This document shows positions 1-8,934 of a stretch of 57,780 nucleotides of DNA, in pieces. The notes under the pieces were generated by a model. The model was not told where the DNA came from. It made no database searches and worked only from the letters and a program-made list of their open reading frames with translations. This DNA comes from Bacteroidota bacterium. Lineage in GTDB: Bacteria > Bacteroidota > Bacteroidia > Bacteroidales > FEN-979. The stretch is taken from the NCBI GenBank assembly GCA_007280875.1, contig QYQJ01000082.1, positions 1 to 57,780 on the forward strand, given 5' to 3'. The translations under genes were made by a program, and so were the position numbers. Numbering within the stretch: the first letter of the stretch is position 1; each line of letters starts with the position of its first letter.

Positions 1-630
1 CATATAAAGGTCCCCCTCCTGAATCCTGCCCTGCCTGCCGATGCGGAAGGAATGATCACCTACACGGCCGATTTTGAAGGTACCGATAACTACCTCTCTG
101 CTTCCGAGCAATTCATTTCCAAACCGGCCAGGCTGGAGGTCTCCTTTTACGAAGAGGACTCTGTCCGGTATATCCGGGTGAATGCCCAGCAACATGCTGG
201 GGATGCCATGGAACCTATCACCGGGGAGACCGTTTTCCTCTTTGTTCCCACCCTGTTCCGTCCCCTTCCGATCGGAGAAGTCTCCCTGGATGAAGAAGGG
301 ACCGGGTCCATCGAGTTCCCGATGTCCCTGATCGGCGACTCCCTGGGAAACATCACTATCGTTGCACGGATCGATGAAAACGATCGTTTTGGGTATGTCA
401 GAGGAGAAAACACTTGTAGCTGGGCCATCCCGAAGCATCTTTTCTCTCAGGATAAACCCACCCGTGAATTGTGGACGCCGGTGGCCCCCATCTGGATGAT
501 CATCACCCTGCTGACCTTGCTGGCTGGTGTGTGGGGTCACTACATCTACGCCGTCACCGAGCTGATAAAAATTAAAAAGAGCGCTTCAAAAGAGAAATCC
601 GAAGAAAAAGACTGGTCCAATTATTCGTAG
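1..630 (+). CDS. Hypothetical membrane-anchored protein, probably 5'-truncated by the window edge
   Basis: Frame 1 is open from base 1 with no stop before the listed ATG at 52. C-terminal hydrophobic helix PIWMIITLLTLLAGVWGHYIYAV is followed by a K/E-rich tail. No family recognised. Confidence 0.45.
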   Translation, partial: HIKVPLLNPALPADAEGMITYTADFEGTDNYLSASEQFISKPARLEVSFYEEDSVRYIRVNAQQHAGDAMEPITGETVFLFVPTLFRPLPIGEVSLDEEGTGSIEFPMSLIGDSLGNITIVARIDENDRFGYVRGENTCSWAIPKHLFSQDKPTRELWTPVAPIWMIITLLTLLAGVWGHYIYAVTELIKIKKSASKEKSEEKDWSNYS

Positions 631-643
631 TTTTGCGAATACA

Positions 644-1051
644 ATGACGCTTCCTTTTTCCATTTCCGGCATTATCGTCAAAGGAGATCAGCTGGGCAGA
701 AAGCTGGGGTATCCGACTGCTAACCTGGATCTGCCCGACGCATCAAAATTTCACGGTCTCACCGGTGTCTATGCGGCGACTGTCACCCTGGAAGAGGTTC
801 TTTATACGGGGATGGCCAATATTGGGTTTCGTCCTACCCTGATTCATCCCTCCTTTACCGTGGAGGTGAACATCTTTGATTTCGACCGGGATATCTATGG
901 AACACCCATCACCATCCATTTTTTAGAGCGGATCCGGGATGAGATGCGGTTCAACTCACTGGATGACCTGGTAAAACAGATGGAACAGGATGAACGGGAA
1001 ATACGGAAAATCCTTTCAGTCTTGCTCAAGCCGGATACCAACACCCAGTAA
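644..1051 (+). CDS. Monofunctional riboflavin kinase (RibF C-terminal-type domain only)
   Basis: 135 aa with riboflavin-kinase motifs GDQLGRKLGYPTANL, TGVYA, GMANIGFRPT and FLERIRDEMRF. There is no FAD-synthetase module in the same ORF. Confidence 0.7.
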   Translation: MTLPFSISGIIVKGDQLGRKLGYPTANLDLPDASKFHGLTGVYAATVTLEEVLYTGMANIGFRPTLIHPSFTVEVNIFDFDRDIYGTPITIHFLERIRDEMRFNSLDDLVKQMEQDEREIRKILSVLLKPDTNTQ

Positions 1052-1480
1052 CCCTGGTGTCTCTATCCGAGGTATGAGGTTCTCCAGTTCGATGACCAAC
1101 AGACCCGATTTATTGATGACCAGTTCCCTGTTCAGGATGATCGAGACTTCGCACTGCTCCCCGTCCCAGTCTCCCAGAAATTTTTCCTTACTATCCCGCA
1201 CGGAAAGCTGAAACTCCCTGATCCGCTCCTCACCGGATGGGGTTCGCAGGATCATTTGAAAATCCAGGGATTGATAGGGGAACTCCCGGGTATGCCTGGC
1301 AAAGAAAAGAACCCGATACGGAGTTTCCGATGATTCTACAGGAAGCTCAAAACTCAGGATATTGAACCGTTGCCAAACCTGGTCACGAAAGGGATAATAG
1401 ACTTCATTGGGGTGATCCGGCTGGCAGGCCGGTAAAAACGCGAAGAGTATCAGACTGATCAGGAATGATCTTTGCATCAT
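1016..1480 (-). CDS. gldH: GldH-like gliding/T9SS-associated lipoprotein
   Basis: 154 aa with a lipoprotein signal and lipobox (LILFAFLPAC). Size and spaced motifs (VWQRFNILSFELPV, FPYQSLDF, terminal GLLGVGIRLE) resemble GldH. Its ATG overlaps the upstream kinase stop (ATGA at 1477-1480). Confidence 0.5.
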   Translation of the reverse strand: MMQRSFLISLILFAFLPACQPDHPNEVYYPFRDQVWQRFNILSFELPVESSETPYRVLFFARHTREFPYQSLDFQMILRTPSGEERIREFQLSVRDSKEKFLGDWDGEQCEVSIILNRELVINKSGLLVIELENLIPRIETPGLLGVGIRLEQD

Positions 1481-4400
1481 GATTCCTTCTCTTGTTCAGA
1501 GGGTTTGGTAGCAGGTAACCGTACGGTAAAAGTAGTTATTTTACCCGGATCGGAGGAGAAGGAGATAGCGCCGCCCACCGAATCCAGGATCCCCTTCACA
1601 ATGGCTAATCCCAGTCCAGCTCCACCACTCCGGGTGGTAAAATTGGGTTGGAATATCTTGTCAGCTTCATCCATCCGGATGCCTTTGCCGTTATCGGTGA
1701 TCTGTACGATGTGTTCTGTTTTGGTCGTATCCGTTCGGACCAGGATCTTCCCGGATGTTCCGGGCTTCGCTTCAATGGCTTCAACTGCATTGTTCAGAAG
1801 GTTACTGAACAGACGAAGGAGTTGTCTGCGGTCAGCATAAACCCACTTCTCAGCAGGTGCCGGATCAAATTCCAGCTGAATAGAGGGGACCTCTTTGTAC
1901 ATCGTCAATGAACTTTTCACCAGGTCGTCAAGGAGCAGGGTCTCATTCTCCGATTCGGGCATCCTGGCGAAATAGGAAAATTCAGAAGCAATGGCGCTCA
2001 GAGAATCGATCTGCGTGATGAGCGCCTCCGAAAACCGCTTCAACCGGAATTCCCAGTCCACTGCACGATCGTCCCAGGCTTTCTGAAGATGTTGCACTCC
2101 CAGCCGCATCGGCGTAAGGGGATTCTTGATCTCATGAGCCACCTGTTGAGCCATTTCACGCCAGGCGGATTCACGTTCCGAAACAGCCAGTTTTTCTGCG
2201 CTGATAGCCAGTTCATCGAGCATCCGGTTGTACTCCTCAACCAGTTTCCCAATCTCATCTTCCCTTCGCCAGATCAGTTTATCATCGGTACGTCCGATAC
2301 GGATCCGGCCGATCCGCTGGGCAAGAAGTTTCAGTGGAGCGGTAATGTAAGTACTAACCAGATACGTCACCAGCACCCCCAGCAGGATAAAAAGGACATA
2401 GATATTAATAAACGCGACCAGGAATGTGGAGATCTCCCGTCTGAGATCGTCCTGCCGTGAAAAGTAAGGCAGGTTCAGGTATCCGAGCAGCTTGTTTTGT
2501 GTGTTATAAAAAGGCACATAGGCCGAGAGGTAATGCAACTCTCCGATATGCTCGATCTGCACAAACATGGAGCTCTTTTTTCCAAGCAGACGGTTGAACG
2601 CTTCCCGGTTGATCAGGTCGGATATCAGCCCCTCCCGGAAGATACGGGGACGGGAGGATGCCAGCAGGATTCCCTGTGGGTCATAGAGGTTGATATCCGA
2701 GAAAAAGACATTGGAGAATTTGATCAGGATGGTTTCCAATTCCTCCGGACCAGCATCCTTTAAATCATTCAACCGGTCGAATTTGTGTTCCACCTCTATG
2801 AGGATCGACAGGGTTCTCTCCATTAGGTTTTCCTCGTTTTTCTTGCTGTTTAACCAGGTGAGATAAACCATCATCAACACACCGGTAATGATGAACAGCG
2901 TGATGATCATCCCCAGCATGGAGAACTGCAGCCGGTTCCTGAGCGAACGCATCATAAGCCCGGTGATCTCGTTCAGGTTCAGGATACTGAAGCCAATGGC
3001 AAAAAACAGCAACAAAAATATCAGGAGATAGGAAAAGGGAGAGATGGTGTTGAGCCAGGTAGGGAGAGGCTTACTCATGATGAGTGATTCCTTGTCGTTG
3101 ATCCGGTACAGGAAATGATCCATCCTGTCTGTGGATGGAAGAAGTGTCTGGCTCAATGTATCAACATATCCCGTCAGCTCAAATCCATAGATATACTCTC
3201 CTACCCTGTGAACCAGCTGATTCTTCTGGTAGAAGGCATAGGAATAATCGCCCGGGTCGGGAAAATCGTAAGAACTTCTGTCAACCAGCAATTCCGGATA
3301 GCCGAGGTCCTTATATGTGCTGCGGGAACTGATCTCCAGATAGATTACTTCTTCTCTTTCCGGAACAGGGAGCCGAACGATATAGTTCTCGTTGCCGTAG
3401 CCATAATCCAGAAAATAGATGCCCTCCTGGCAGCTCTTTCCATACGCGGAGATGACCTCTTCAAAATAGGCAGAGCAATTGATTTCGAATCCCTGTGGCT
3501 GGATCCGGAGGATCTTGGATCCTCTGCAAATGGTTGTCTGTACATTGAAATTATTCCAGTAATCCCTGAAATACTGATGCAGGAGGTAGGACGACACACT
3601 GTCGTCAGTTACCAGAATGTCCGGTTCCACGACTGCACGGGAAAGGATCAGACCGACCGATGAATCGTCTTTAATAGCCTGCACCGTTTGCTGAAGAAGT
3701 AGTTCGGTCACCGGATTTTGACGGGCAGTCAGTCTCATCGCCAGTAATTCCCGCTGATTCTGTTCGCGCAGGGTATTTGCTCGGTTCAGGACAACGGTAG
3801 CACATACGGCGAACAAAACCATTGCCAGGAAGAACCAGGAAAAGGGAAATTTTCGTTCTTCTTCCGCTTTCGCCGGATCCTCAGGAAGCTTTGGAAGTAC
3901 CAGTTTCAATGTAATGAGAATCCATCCAAGGGCCAGAAATCCGATACTTGCAAAAGCCGGTACACTTGCCCAGGAAAGACGTGAAACATTTTCCAGATTC
4001 ATCGCCAGTGTCGAGTGGATCACCAGGCTGTGAAGGCCTGTCATGACCAGTATGAGGGTAGCCAGACTGACTCCAAAACGGAGAAATGGGCATAGGGCCT
4101 TTCCCCAGTATTGAGGCTTGTTTCGCGTAGTTATTTCCGGCCAGATACGGTAAAAAATGAAGGCGATGATCAGGATCAGAAAGCTGTTGATCAGAAAATC
4201 CCCCAGCGAGGGAAAAAGCCAGGAGGAAGAGTAAAGCACGGGGCCGAATAAATCGGATCGGTATAGCGTTTCCGGCCAGCGGAAGGCAAACTGCAGCCCT
4301 CGCAGGATCAGGATATCAGCTAACAGTATGAAAAAAAGCCAGTACCGGTTCCTGAAAACCTCCTGTACTCCCAAAGAGAGCCGGTACAAAAATATGCTCA

Positions 4401-5073
4401 GGAGGAGGTAAGCGGATATCAGGAAAAAGATCAGCCAACTTTGATCTTTCTGGGGAGGCATTTCTCCGGGAATATCCAGAGAGCATACAAAGGTGCCCCT
4501 GGTTGAATAAATTGTATATTGTCCCTCTTTCGGTGAAATCTTCACTTCGTCAGGGATCCGGATCGATCCGATATAATGGTTCCTCAGGTATTGGTTCTGA
4601 AAGGGATAATTCTGTTTTACCAGACAAAGTCCCGCAATGGTAAAAATTCCCTTCCTGAAAACAAGGAGTTCATACCACCCGTTTTCAAGCCTGACGAGTT
4701 CAGGGGTAACATCATGATGAAGAAGTAGGGCCCGGGAGAAAGGTACCCGGTTATCTGACCAGTAGATGAGCGAATCGCCCTGGTAGATGAAAATGGTCAT
4801 CTCCTGGCCGTTTAATTCCGGAATGGTTGCGACCTGATCAGGATCCAGGGGGGTAAGAGAATCTGTCAGAAATTCAGACGAGATTCCTGATACCTCTTTC
4901 CGTATATGATTTTCATGTTCCTGTAAAAAAGACTCAAACCGGAGCCGGATCTCTTCCGGCCTCTCCCGTTTTCTTGTCTGCCAGGGAGTCACTACCAGAA
5001 CCAGCAGAGCAATCAGGCCAAGCAGAAGACAGGCCAGGCATACGTTCTTGCCCTTAATCCCGGGATTTTTCAT
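1477..5073 (-). CDS. Large multi-pass sensor histidine kinase (NtrY-like H-box)
   Basis: 1198 aa. It has an N-terminal signal anchor, a block of about 8 TM helices, a second extracytoplasmic region and a HAMP-like segment (DEIGKLVEEYNRMLDEL). Kinase boxes: H-box AHEIKNPLTPM, N-box LLNNAVEA, G1 DNGKGI, G2 GGAGLGLAIV. Confidence 0.85.
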   Translation of the reverse strand: MKNPGIKGKNVCLACLLLGLIALLVLVVTPWQTRKRERPEEIRLRFESFLQEHENHIRKEVSGISSEFLTDSLTPLDPDQVATIPELNGQEMTIFIYQGDSLIYWSDNRVPFSRALLLHHDVTPELVRLENGWYELLVFRKGIFTIAGLCLVKQNYPFQNQYLRNHYIGSIRIPDEVKISPKEGQYTIYSTRGTFVCSLDIPGEMPPQKDQSWLIFFLISAYLLLSIFLYRLSLGVQEVFRNRYWLFFILLADILILRGLQFAFRWPETLYRSDLFGPVLYSSSWLFPSLGDFLINSFLILIIAFIFYRIWPEITTRNKPQYWGKALCPFLRFGVSLATLILVMTGLHSLVIHSTLAMNLENVSRLSWASVPAFASIGFLALGWILITLKLVLPKLPEDPAKAEEERKFPFSWFFLAMVLFAVCATVVLNRANTLREQNQRELLAMRLTARQNPVTELLLQQTVQAIKDDSSVGLILSRAVVEPDILVTDDSVSSYLLHQYFRDYWNNFNVQTTICRGSKILRIQPQGFEINCSAYFEEVISAYGKSCQEGIYFLDYGYGNENYIVRLPVPEREEVIYLEISSRSTYKDLGYPELLVDRSSYDFPDPGDYSYAFYQKNQLVHRVGEYIYGFELTGYVDTLSQTLLPSTDRMDHFLYRINDKESLIMSKPLPTWLNTISPFSYLLIFLLLFFAIGFSILNLNEITGLMMRSLRNRLQFSMLGMIITLFIITGVLMMVYLTWLNSKKNEENLMERTLSILIEVEHKFDRLNDLKDAGPEELETILIKFSNVFFSDINLYDPQGILLASSRPRIFREGLISDLINREAFNRLLGKKSSMFVQIEHIGELHYLSAYVPFYNTQNKLLGYLNLPYFSRQDDLRREISTFLVAFINIYVLFILLGVLVTYLVSTYITAPLKLLAQRIGRIRIGRTDDKLIWRREDEIGKLVEEYNRMLDELAISAEKLAVSERESAWREMAQQVAHEIKNPLTPMRLGVQHLQKAWDDRAVDWEFRLKRFSEALITQIDSLSAIASEFSYFARMPESENETLLLDDLVKSSLTMYKEVPSIQLEFDPAPAEKWVYADRRQLLRLFSNLLNNAVEAIEAKPGTSGKILVRTDTTKTEHIVQITDNGKGIRMDEADKIFQPNFTTRSGGAGLGLAIVKGILDSVGGAISFSSDPGKITTFTVRLPATKPSEQEKES

Positions 5074-5192
5074 TATCGTTCTGAATGTCAGGTCTTTACG
5101 ACTGATTTGATCGGAGGCTCTCTGAGCTCATTTTAGGGATTCTCCCACCATTTGGATTCAAACAGGGCTTCAGCTGATTCTAAGGCTTAAAA

Positions 5193-6086
5193 TTAAGAAT
5201 TTTTAATTTCCAGGATATAGATTTCACTTGAATGACCTGTGAGTGGATTACGTCCTTCACAATTCGACCTGAGGCCTCTGTAAACTGCCCGGACAAAATT
5301 CGATGATCCGGTTCTGTATTTCTCACTCAAAAGGGATATGTAAAAGGCATCCAGTTTTTGGGGCAGAATTGTGATACAGGTTAATGAGTATTTTGAAGCA
5401 AATTTAATGAAGGTCTCTCTGGTAAAATGATAAATATGTCGGGGCAGATCAAAAGCGGCCCAAAATTTTCCATAGTAAGTGGCATCATGCGCATTGGAAT
5501 TTGGGAGCGCTACAATAAGAACTCCGTCCGGCTCCAGTACTTCAGTCAGTTTCCGCATGGTTTCATCCAATCCGTGAATGTGCTCCAGCACATGCCACAT
5601 GGTGATGCAATGGTACCTGGACGATGGGGAGATGTCTGTCAGAAAGTCAGCCTTCACATCAAGGGAATATCTGTTCTGCGCAAAATTCCGGGCTTTTGCG
5701 GATGGCTCCACCCCAGTACACTTCAAACCCTTTTGCCGGCACAAGTGAAGAAACTCTCCTGTTCCGCACCCGATATCCAGCAACGAATTGCCCTTTGCAT
5801 AAGTCTTTACGATGTTGTACTTGGAATGAACGTTGAATCTCCTGGCCATACCATAGAGGATTGGAATGATGCCCCTTTTACTGGAATCGTGAGATAGATA
5901 TGCTTCAGACTGATAATATGTTTCCGCTGAAACAGGATTCGGACGCGGATTTGTAAACCGGAAACCACAGGCAGTACACGCTACAATGCTAAACGGCTCC
6001 TGGGTCAGAAAATAGTCTTTCCCTTTAAGGAATAGCCTGAATTGCTGATGATCACAAATTGGGCATATCGATATTGTTTCACTCAT
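5193..6086 (-). CDS. Class I SAM-dependent methyltransferase with N-terminal zinc ribbon
   Basis: CPICDH...CTACG zinc ribbon followed by SAM motif LLDIGCGTGEF. The ATG at 6086 (MSETIS) is preferred over the listed GTG at 6101. Confidence 0.75.
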   Translation of the reverse strand: MSETISICPICDHQQFRLFLKGKDYFLTQEPFSIVACTACGFRFTNPRPNPVSAETYYQSEAYLSHDSSKRGIIPILYGMARRFNVHSKYNIVKTYAKGNSLLDIGCGTGEFLHLCRQKGLKCTGVEPSAKARNFAQNRYSLDVKADFLTDISPSSRYHCITMWHVLEHIHGLDETMRKLTEVLEPDGVLIVALPNSNAHDATYYGKFWAAFDLPRHIYHFTRETFIKFASKYSLTCITILPQKLDAFYISLLSEKYRTGSSNFVRAVYRGLRSNCEGRNPLTGHSSEIYILEIKNS

Positions 6087-6093
6087 TTTTCCC

Positions 6094-6109
6094 TGTTTCA
6101 CGTGGAACA
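6094..6109. repeat. Copy 1 of exact 16-nt near-palindrome TGTTTCACGTGGAACA
   Basis: Identical 16-mer at 7993-8008. The CACGTG core has 14 of 16 positions dyad-symmetric. It lies between the mnmG stop and the methyltransferase start. Confidence 0.8.
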
Positions 6110-6110
6110 G

Positions 6111-8009
6111 TCACCTGCCGTGGTGGACAATTAATACGGAGATATCTGCCGGTGATACCCCGCTGATCCGGGCAGCCTGGCCAATTGTTTCCGGCCTGAC
6201 CCTGCTCAATTTCTCTCTTGCTTCAGAGGAGAGCGATTGTAACTTATGGTAATCAATATCCTGCTTAAGCGGCATATTTTCGAGTCTGGAGAGTTTATCC
6301 GCAATCTCCTGTTCCTTTTTAATGTACCCGTTATATTTGATCAATAATTCAGCTTGCTCCATGGCTTCCTGTACCTGTCCGGAAAGCTTGCCAAGGAAGG
6401 ATGAAACCGGTAGGAGTGCACCTGCCATATCTTTCAAGGAGATCTGAGGCCGCAGAAGGATGGTAGTCAGTTTCGTTCGTTGTATCAGTGGAGCAGTCCC
6501 GCATCCGGTAAGCATGGGATTCGCCTCTTCCGGAGAGATGCCCGTCTCCCTTAAAAACCGGATGATCCTTTCGACTGCCTCATATTTTTTCTTCAATATC
6601 TCCATTCTTGTATCCCCTGCCAATCCAAGCTTGTGTGCTTTCGGGGTTAACCGGTAGTCGGCATTATCCTGTCGCAAAAGGATTCTGTATTCAGCCCTGG
6701 AGGTAAACATCCGGTAGGGCTCTTCTGTTCCTTTCGTGATCAGGTCATCAATTAACACACCGATATATGCTTCTGACCTCTTCAAAATAACTGGTGGTTG
6801 TTCCTGCAGTTTCAGATGCGCATTGATCCCTGCCATAAATCCCTGTGCCGCCGCCTCTTCATAGCCGGTTGTTCCATTGATTTGGCCGGCCAGGTACAGG
6901 TTCTCCAGGATCCTGGATTCCAGTGTCAGTGAAAGCTGATGCGGAGGAAAATAGTCATATTCGATTGCATATCCCGGCCTGAAAAAACGGGCATGCTCAA
7001 ACCCTTTTATCCTTCGTAACGCGTCAAACTGAACCTCTTCCGGCAGGGAGGAGCTGAATCCGTTTACATAGTACTCCACTGTGTCCCAACCCTCAGGTTC
7101 AATAAAAAGCTGGTGTCTTTCCTTATCTGCAAACCGTTCAATTTTATCTTCAATAGAAGGACAGTACCTGGGGCCAGTCCCCTTAATACGACCTGTAAAA
7201 AGGGGCGATTTCCCAAAACCTGTACGCAATACATCGTGCACTTCCGATGTAGTAAATGCCAGAAAGCAACTTCGTTGCCTGGTCAATTTCGGTGTGTCCA
7301 GAAAGGAAAATCTTCCCGGATTCTCATCTCCCTTTTGCTCGGTCATCTTAGAAAAATCCAGGGTACGTCCGTCCACCCGCACCGGTGTTCCTGTTTTCAT
7401 CCTGCTTGCCCCTATCCCATACCTCTTCAACGACTCGGTCAAGAATTTTGAAGACCTCTCTCCCATCCTGCCTCCCTGAAATTGTTTCTCCCCAATGTGT
7501 ATGATACCATTTAAAAATGTTCCATTTGCAAGAATTACAGCCCTGGCGTAAAACTTCATTCCCATAACCGTTTTCACACCACTCACACGGTTTTCACGTA
7601 CTAAAATTTCAGTTACAGCATCCTGCCAGAAATCAAGTTTCTCAAATTTCTCCAGCTGTCTTCGCCATTCAATCGAAAACAACATCCTGTCATTTTGGGC
7701 GCGCGGACTCCACATAGCTGGTCCCTTTGACCTATTTAATATCCTGAATTGAATCATTGTCAGGTCCGTTACCACCCCTGTTAAACCGCCCATGGCATCA
7801 ATCTCACGTATGATCTGTCCCTTTGCAATGCCTCCTATGGAAGGATTACAGGACATTTTTGCCATGTTTGTCATGCTCATAGTGATAAGAAGAACCCGTG
7901 ATCCCAGTTTTGCTGCAGCTGCTGCTGCTTCACATCCGGCATGCCCCGCCCCTACAACAATGATGTCATATGTCTCCTGTTTTTCCACTGTATGTTTCAC
8001 GTGGAACAA
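6111..8009 (-). CDS. mnmG: tRNA uridine 5-carboxymethylaminomethyl modification enzyme MnmG (GidA)
   Basis: 632 aa. FAD motif YDIIVVGAGHAGCEAA plus GPRYCPSIEDK and AGQINGTTGYEEAAAQG, with full-length MnmG architecture. The listed start is TTG, so the exact start is uncertain. Confidence 0.95.
   Translation of the reverse strand: MFHVKHTVEKQETYDIIVVGAGHAGCEAAAAAAKLGSRVLLITMSMTNMAKMSCNPSIGGIAKGQIIREIDAMGGLTGVVTDLTMIQFRILNRSKGPAMWSPRAQNDRMLFSIEWRRQLEKFEKLDFWQDAVTEILVRENRVSGVKTVMGMKFYARAVILANGTFLNGIIHIGEKQFQGGRMGERSSKFLTESLKRYGIGASRMKTGTPVRVDGRTLDFSKMTEQKGDENPGRFSFLDTPKLTRQRSCFLAFTTSEVHDVLRTGFGKSPLFTGRIKGTGPRYCPSIEDKIERFADKERHQLFIEPEGWDTVEYYVNGFSSSLPEEVQFDALRRIKGFEHARFFRPGYAIEYDYFPPHQLSLTLESRILENLYLAGQINGTTGYEEAAAQGFMAGINAHLKLQEQPPVILKRSEAYIGVLIDDLITKGTEEPYRMFTSRAEYRILLRQDNADYRLTPKAHKLGLAGDTRMEILKKKYEAVERIIRFLRETGISPEEANPMLTGCGTAPLIQRTKLTTILLRPQISLKDMAGALLPVSSFLGKLSGQVQEAMEQAELLIKYNGYIKKEQEIADKLSRLENMPLKQDIDYHKLQSLSSEAREKLSRVRPETIGQAARISGVSPADISVLIVHHGR
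7993..8008. repeat. Copy 2 of exact 16-nt near-palindrome TGTTTCACGTGGAACA
   Basis: Identical to 6094-6109 in the same orientation. It overlaps the first codons of mnmG. Confidence 0.8.
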
Positions 8010-8030
8010 TTACTCGTTATTCCCTGATTT

Positions 8031-8465
8031 TCAGTATTTAACAAACGTTGATATATAGAAGTCCTCTTCTCTCCTCATTTCCCTCTTTTCTTCCTCAGTA
8101 GCATCCTTCATTCCAGTTAAATGAAGAATTCCATGAATGATAACCCGAGCCAGTTCCATCTGGATAGGTATACTGTATTTCTTTGCATTTTCTCTCACCC
8201 GATCTATTGAAATGTAAATATCGCCTGCAATAATTCCCTCATCATCGGAAAAATCAAATGCAAGTATATCTGTGTAATAGCTCCGCCGAAGGTATTTTTT
8301 ATTGTACCTTCGTAAAACGTTGTCGCTGCAACTAATAATGTTAATGAAAGACGGCTTTCTTTTTTTTTCTCTGATCAACCGTTTAATTCCGTCCCGAATT
8401 GCATTCTTTCTCCGTATCTGGTAGGATATTCCCTCCGTAAAAAAATGTATTTTTTCCTCATTCAT
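8031..8465 (-). CDS. ybeY: rRNA maturation endoribonuclease YbeY
   Basis: Zinc-binding motif HGILHLTGMKD and typical size. The start is likely MNEEK at 8465 rather than 8495. Confidence 0.9.
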   Translation of the reverse strand: MNEEKIHFFTEGISYQIRRKNAIRDGIKRLIREKKRKPSFINIISCSDNVLRRYNKKYLRRSYYTDILAFDFSDDEGIIAGDIYISIDRVRENAKKYSIPIQMELARVIIHGILHLTGMKDATEEEKREMRREEDFYISTFVKY

Positions 8466-8934
8466 TCCTGCCCACCACCTTTTCTTTTCTGCCAAAGTAT
8501 CCCTTTACTTTTTCAGATCTGATCAACGCCCGTTCCAGGTTTATCCCTGCCACCTGAAAATTAAGTTCAATCGTATGTCCATTGTGGCTTAGTTTCGCTT
8601 CGTCTGCCAGTGATCTAATAATAAATGTCTCCCGTGCAATAGCTTGCCTCTCGATTGCTTTATCGAGCTCGTCCAGGTCGCCAATCGCTGCATCCTTTCG
8701 AGTAACTAAAAAGTTCAATCCATTCCTGCTTTTAATTATTTTAATGGTCACTTCCCCTTCTCTTTTTAATCCCATAATTGCAGCTTCCGAAACTGCCAGC
8801 ATGATATTTCCGAAATATTCGCCCGGAACATTATAATAATCCAGGATCTCTTCAATAAAATGCTCCAGCCTGTGTAAATCCACACTTGAGGAGATTTTAA
8901 TTTTCTCTAGACTTCCAGCCATATCACTTTTCAA
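8458..8934 (-). CDS. Hypothetical protein (weak HATPase/anti-sigma-like resemblance)
   Basis: 158-aa ORF overlapping both neighbours on the same strand. The segment NIMLAVSEAAIMG vaguely resembles the N-box of RsbW/SpoIIAB-type proteins. No confident family. Confidence 0.4.
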   Translation of the reverse strand: MKSDMAGSLEKIKISSSVDLHRLEHFIEEILDYYNVPGEYFGNIMLAVSEAAIMGLKREGEVTIKIIKSRNGLNFLVTRKDAAIGDLDELDKAIERQAIARETFIIRSLADEAKLSHNGHTIELNFQVAGINLERALIRSEKVKGYFGRKEKVVGRNE

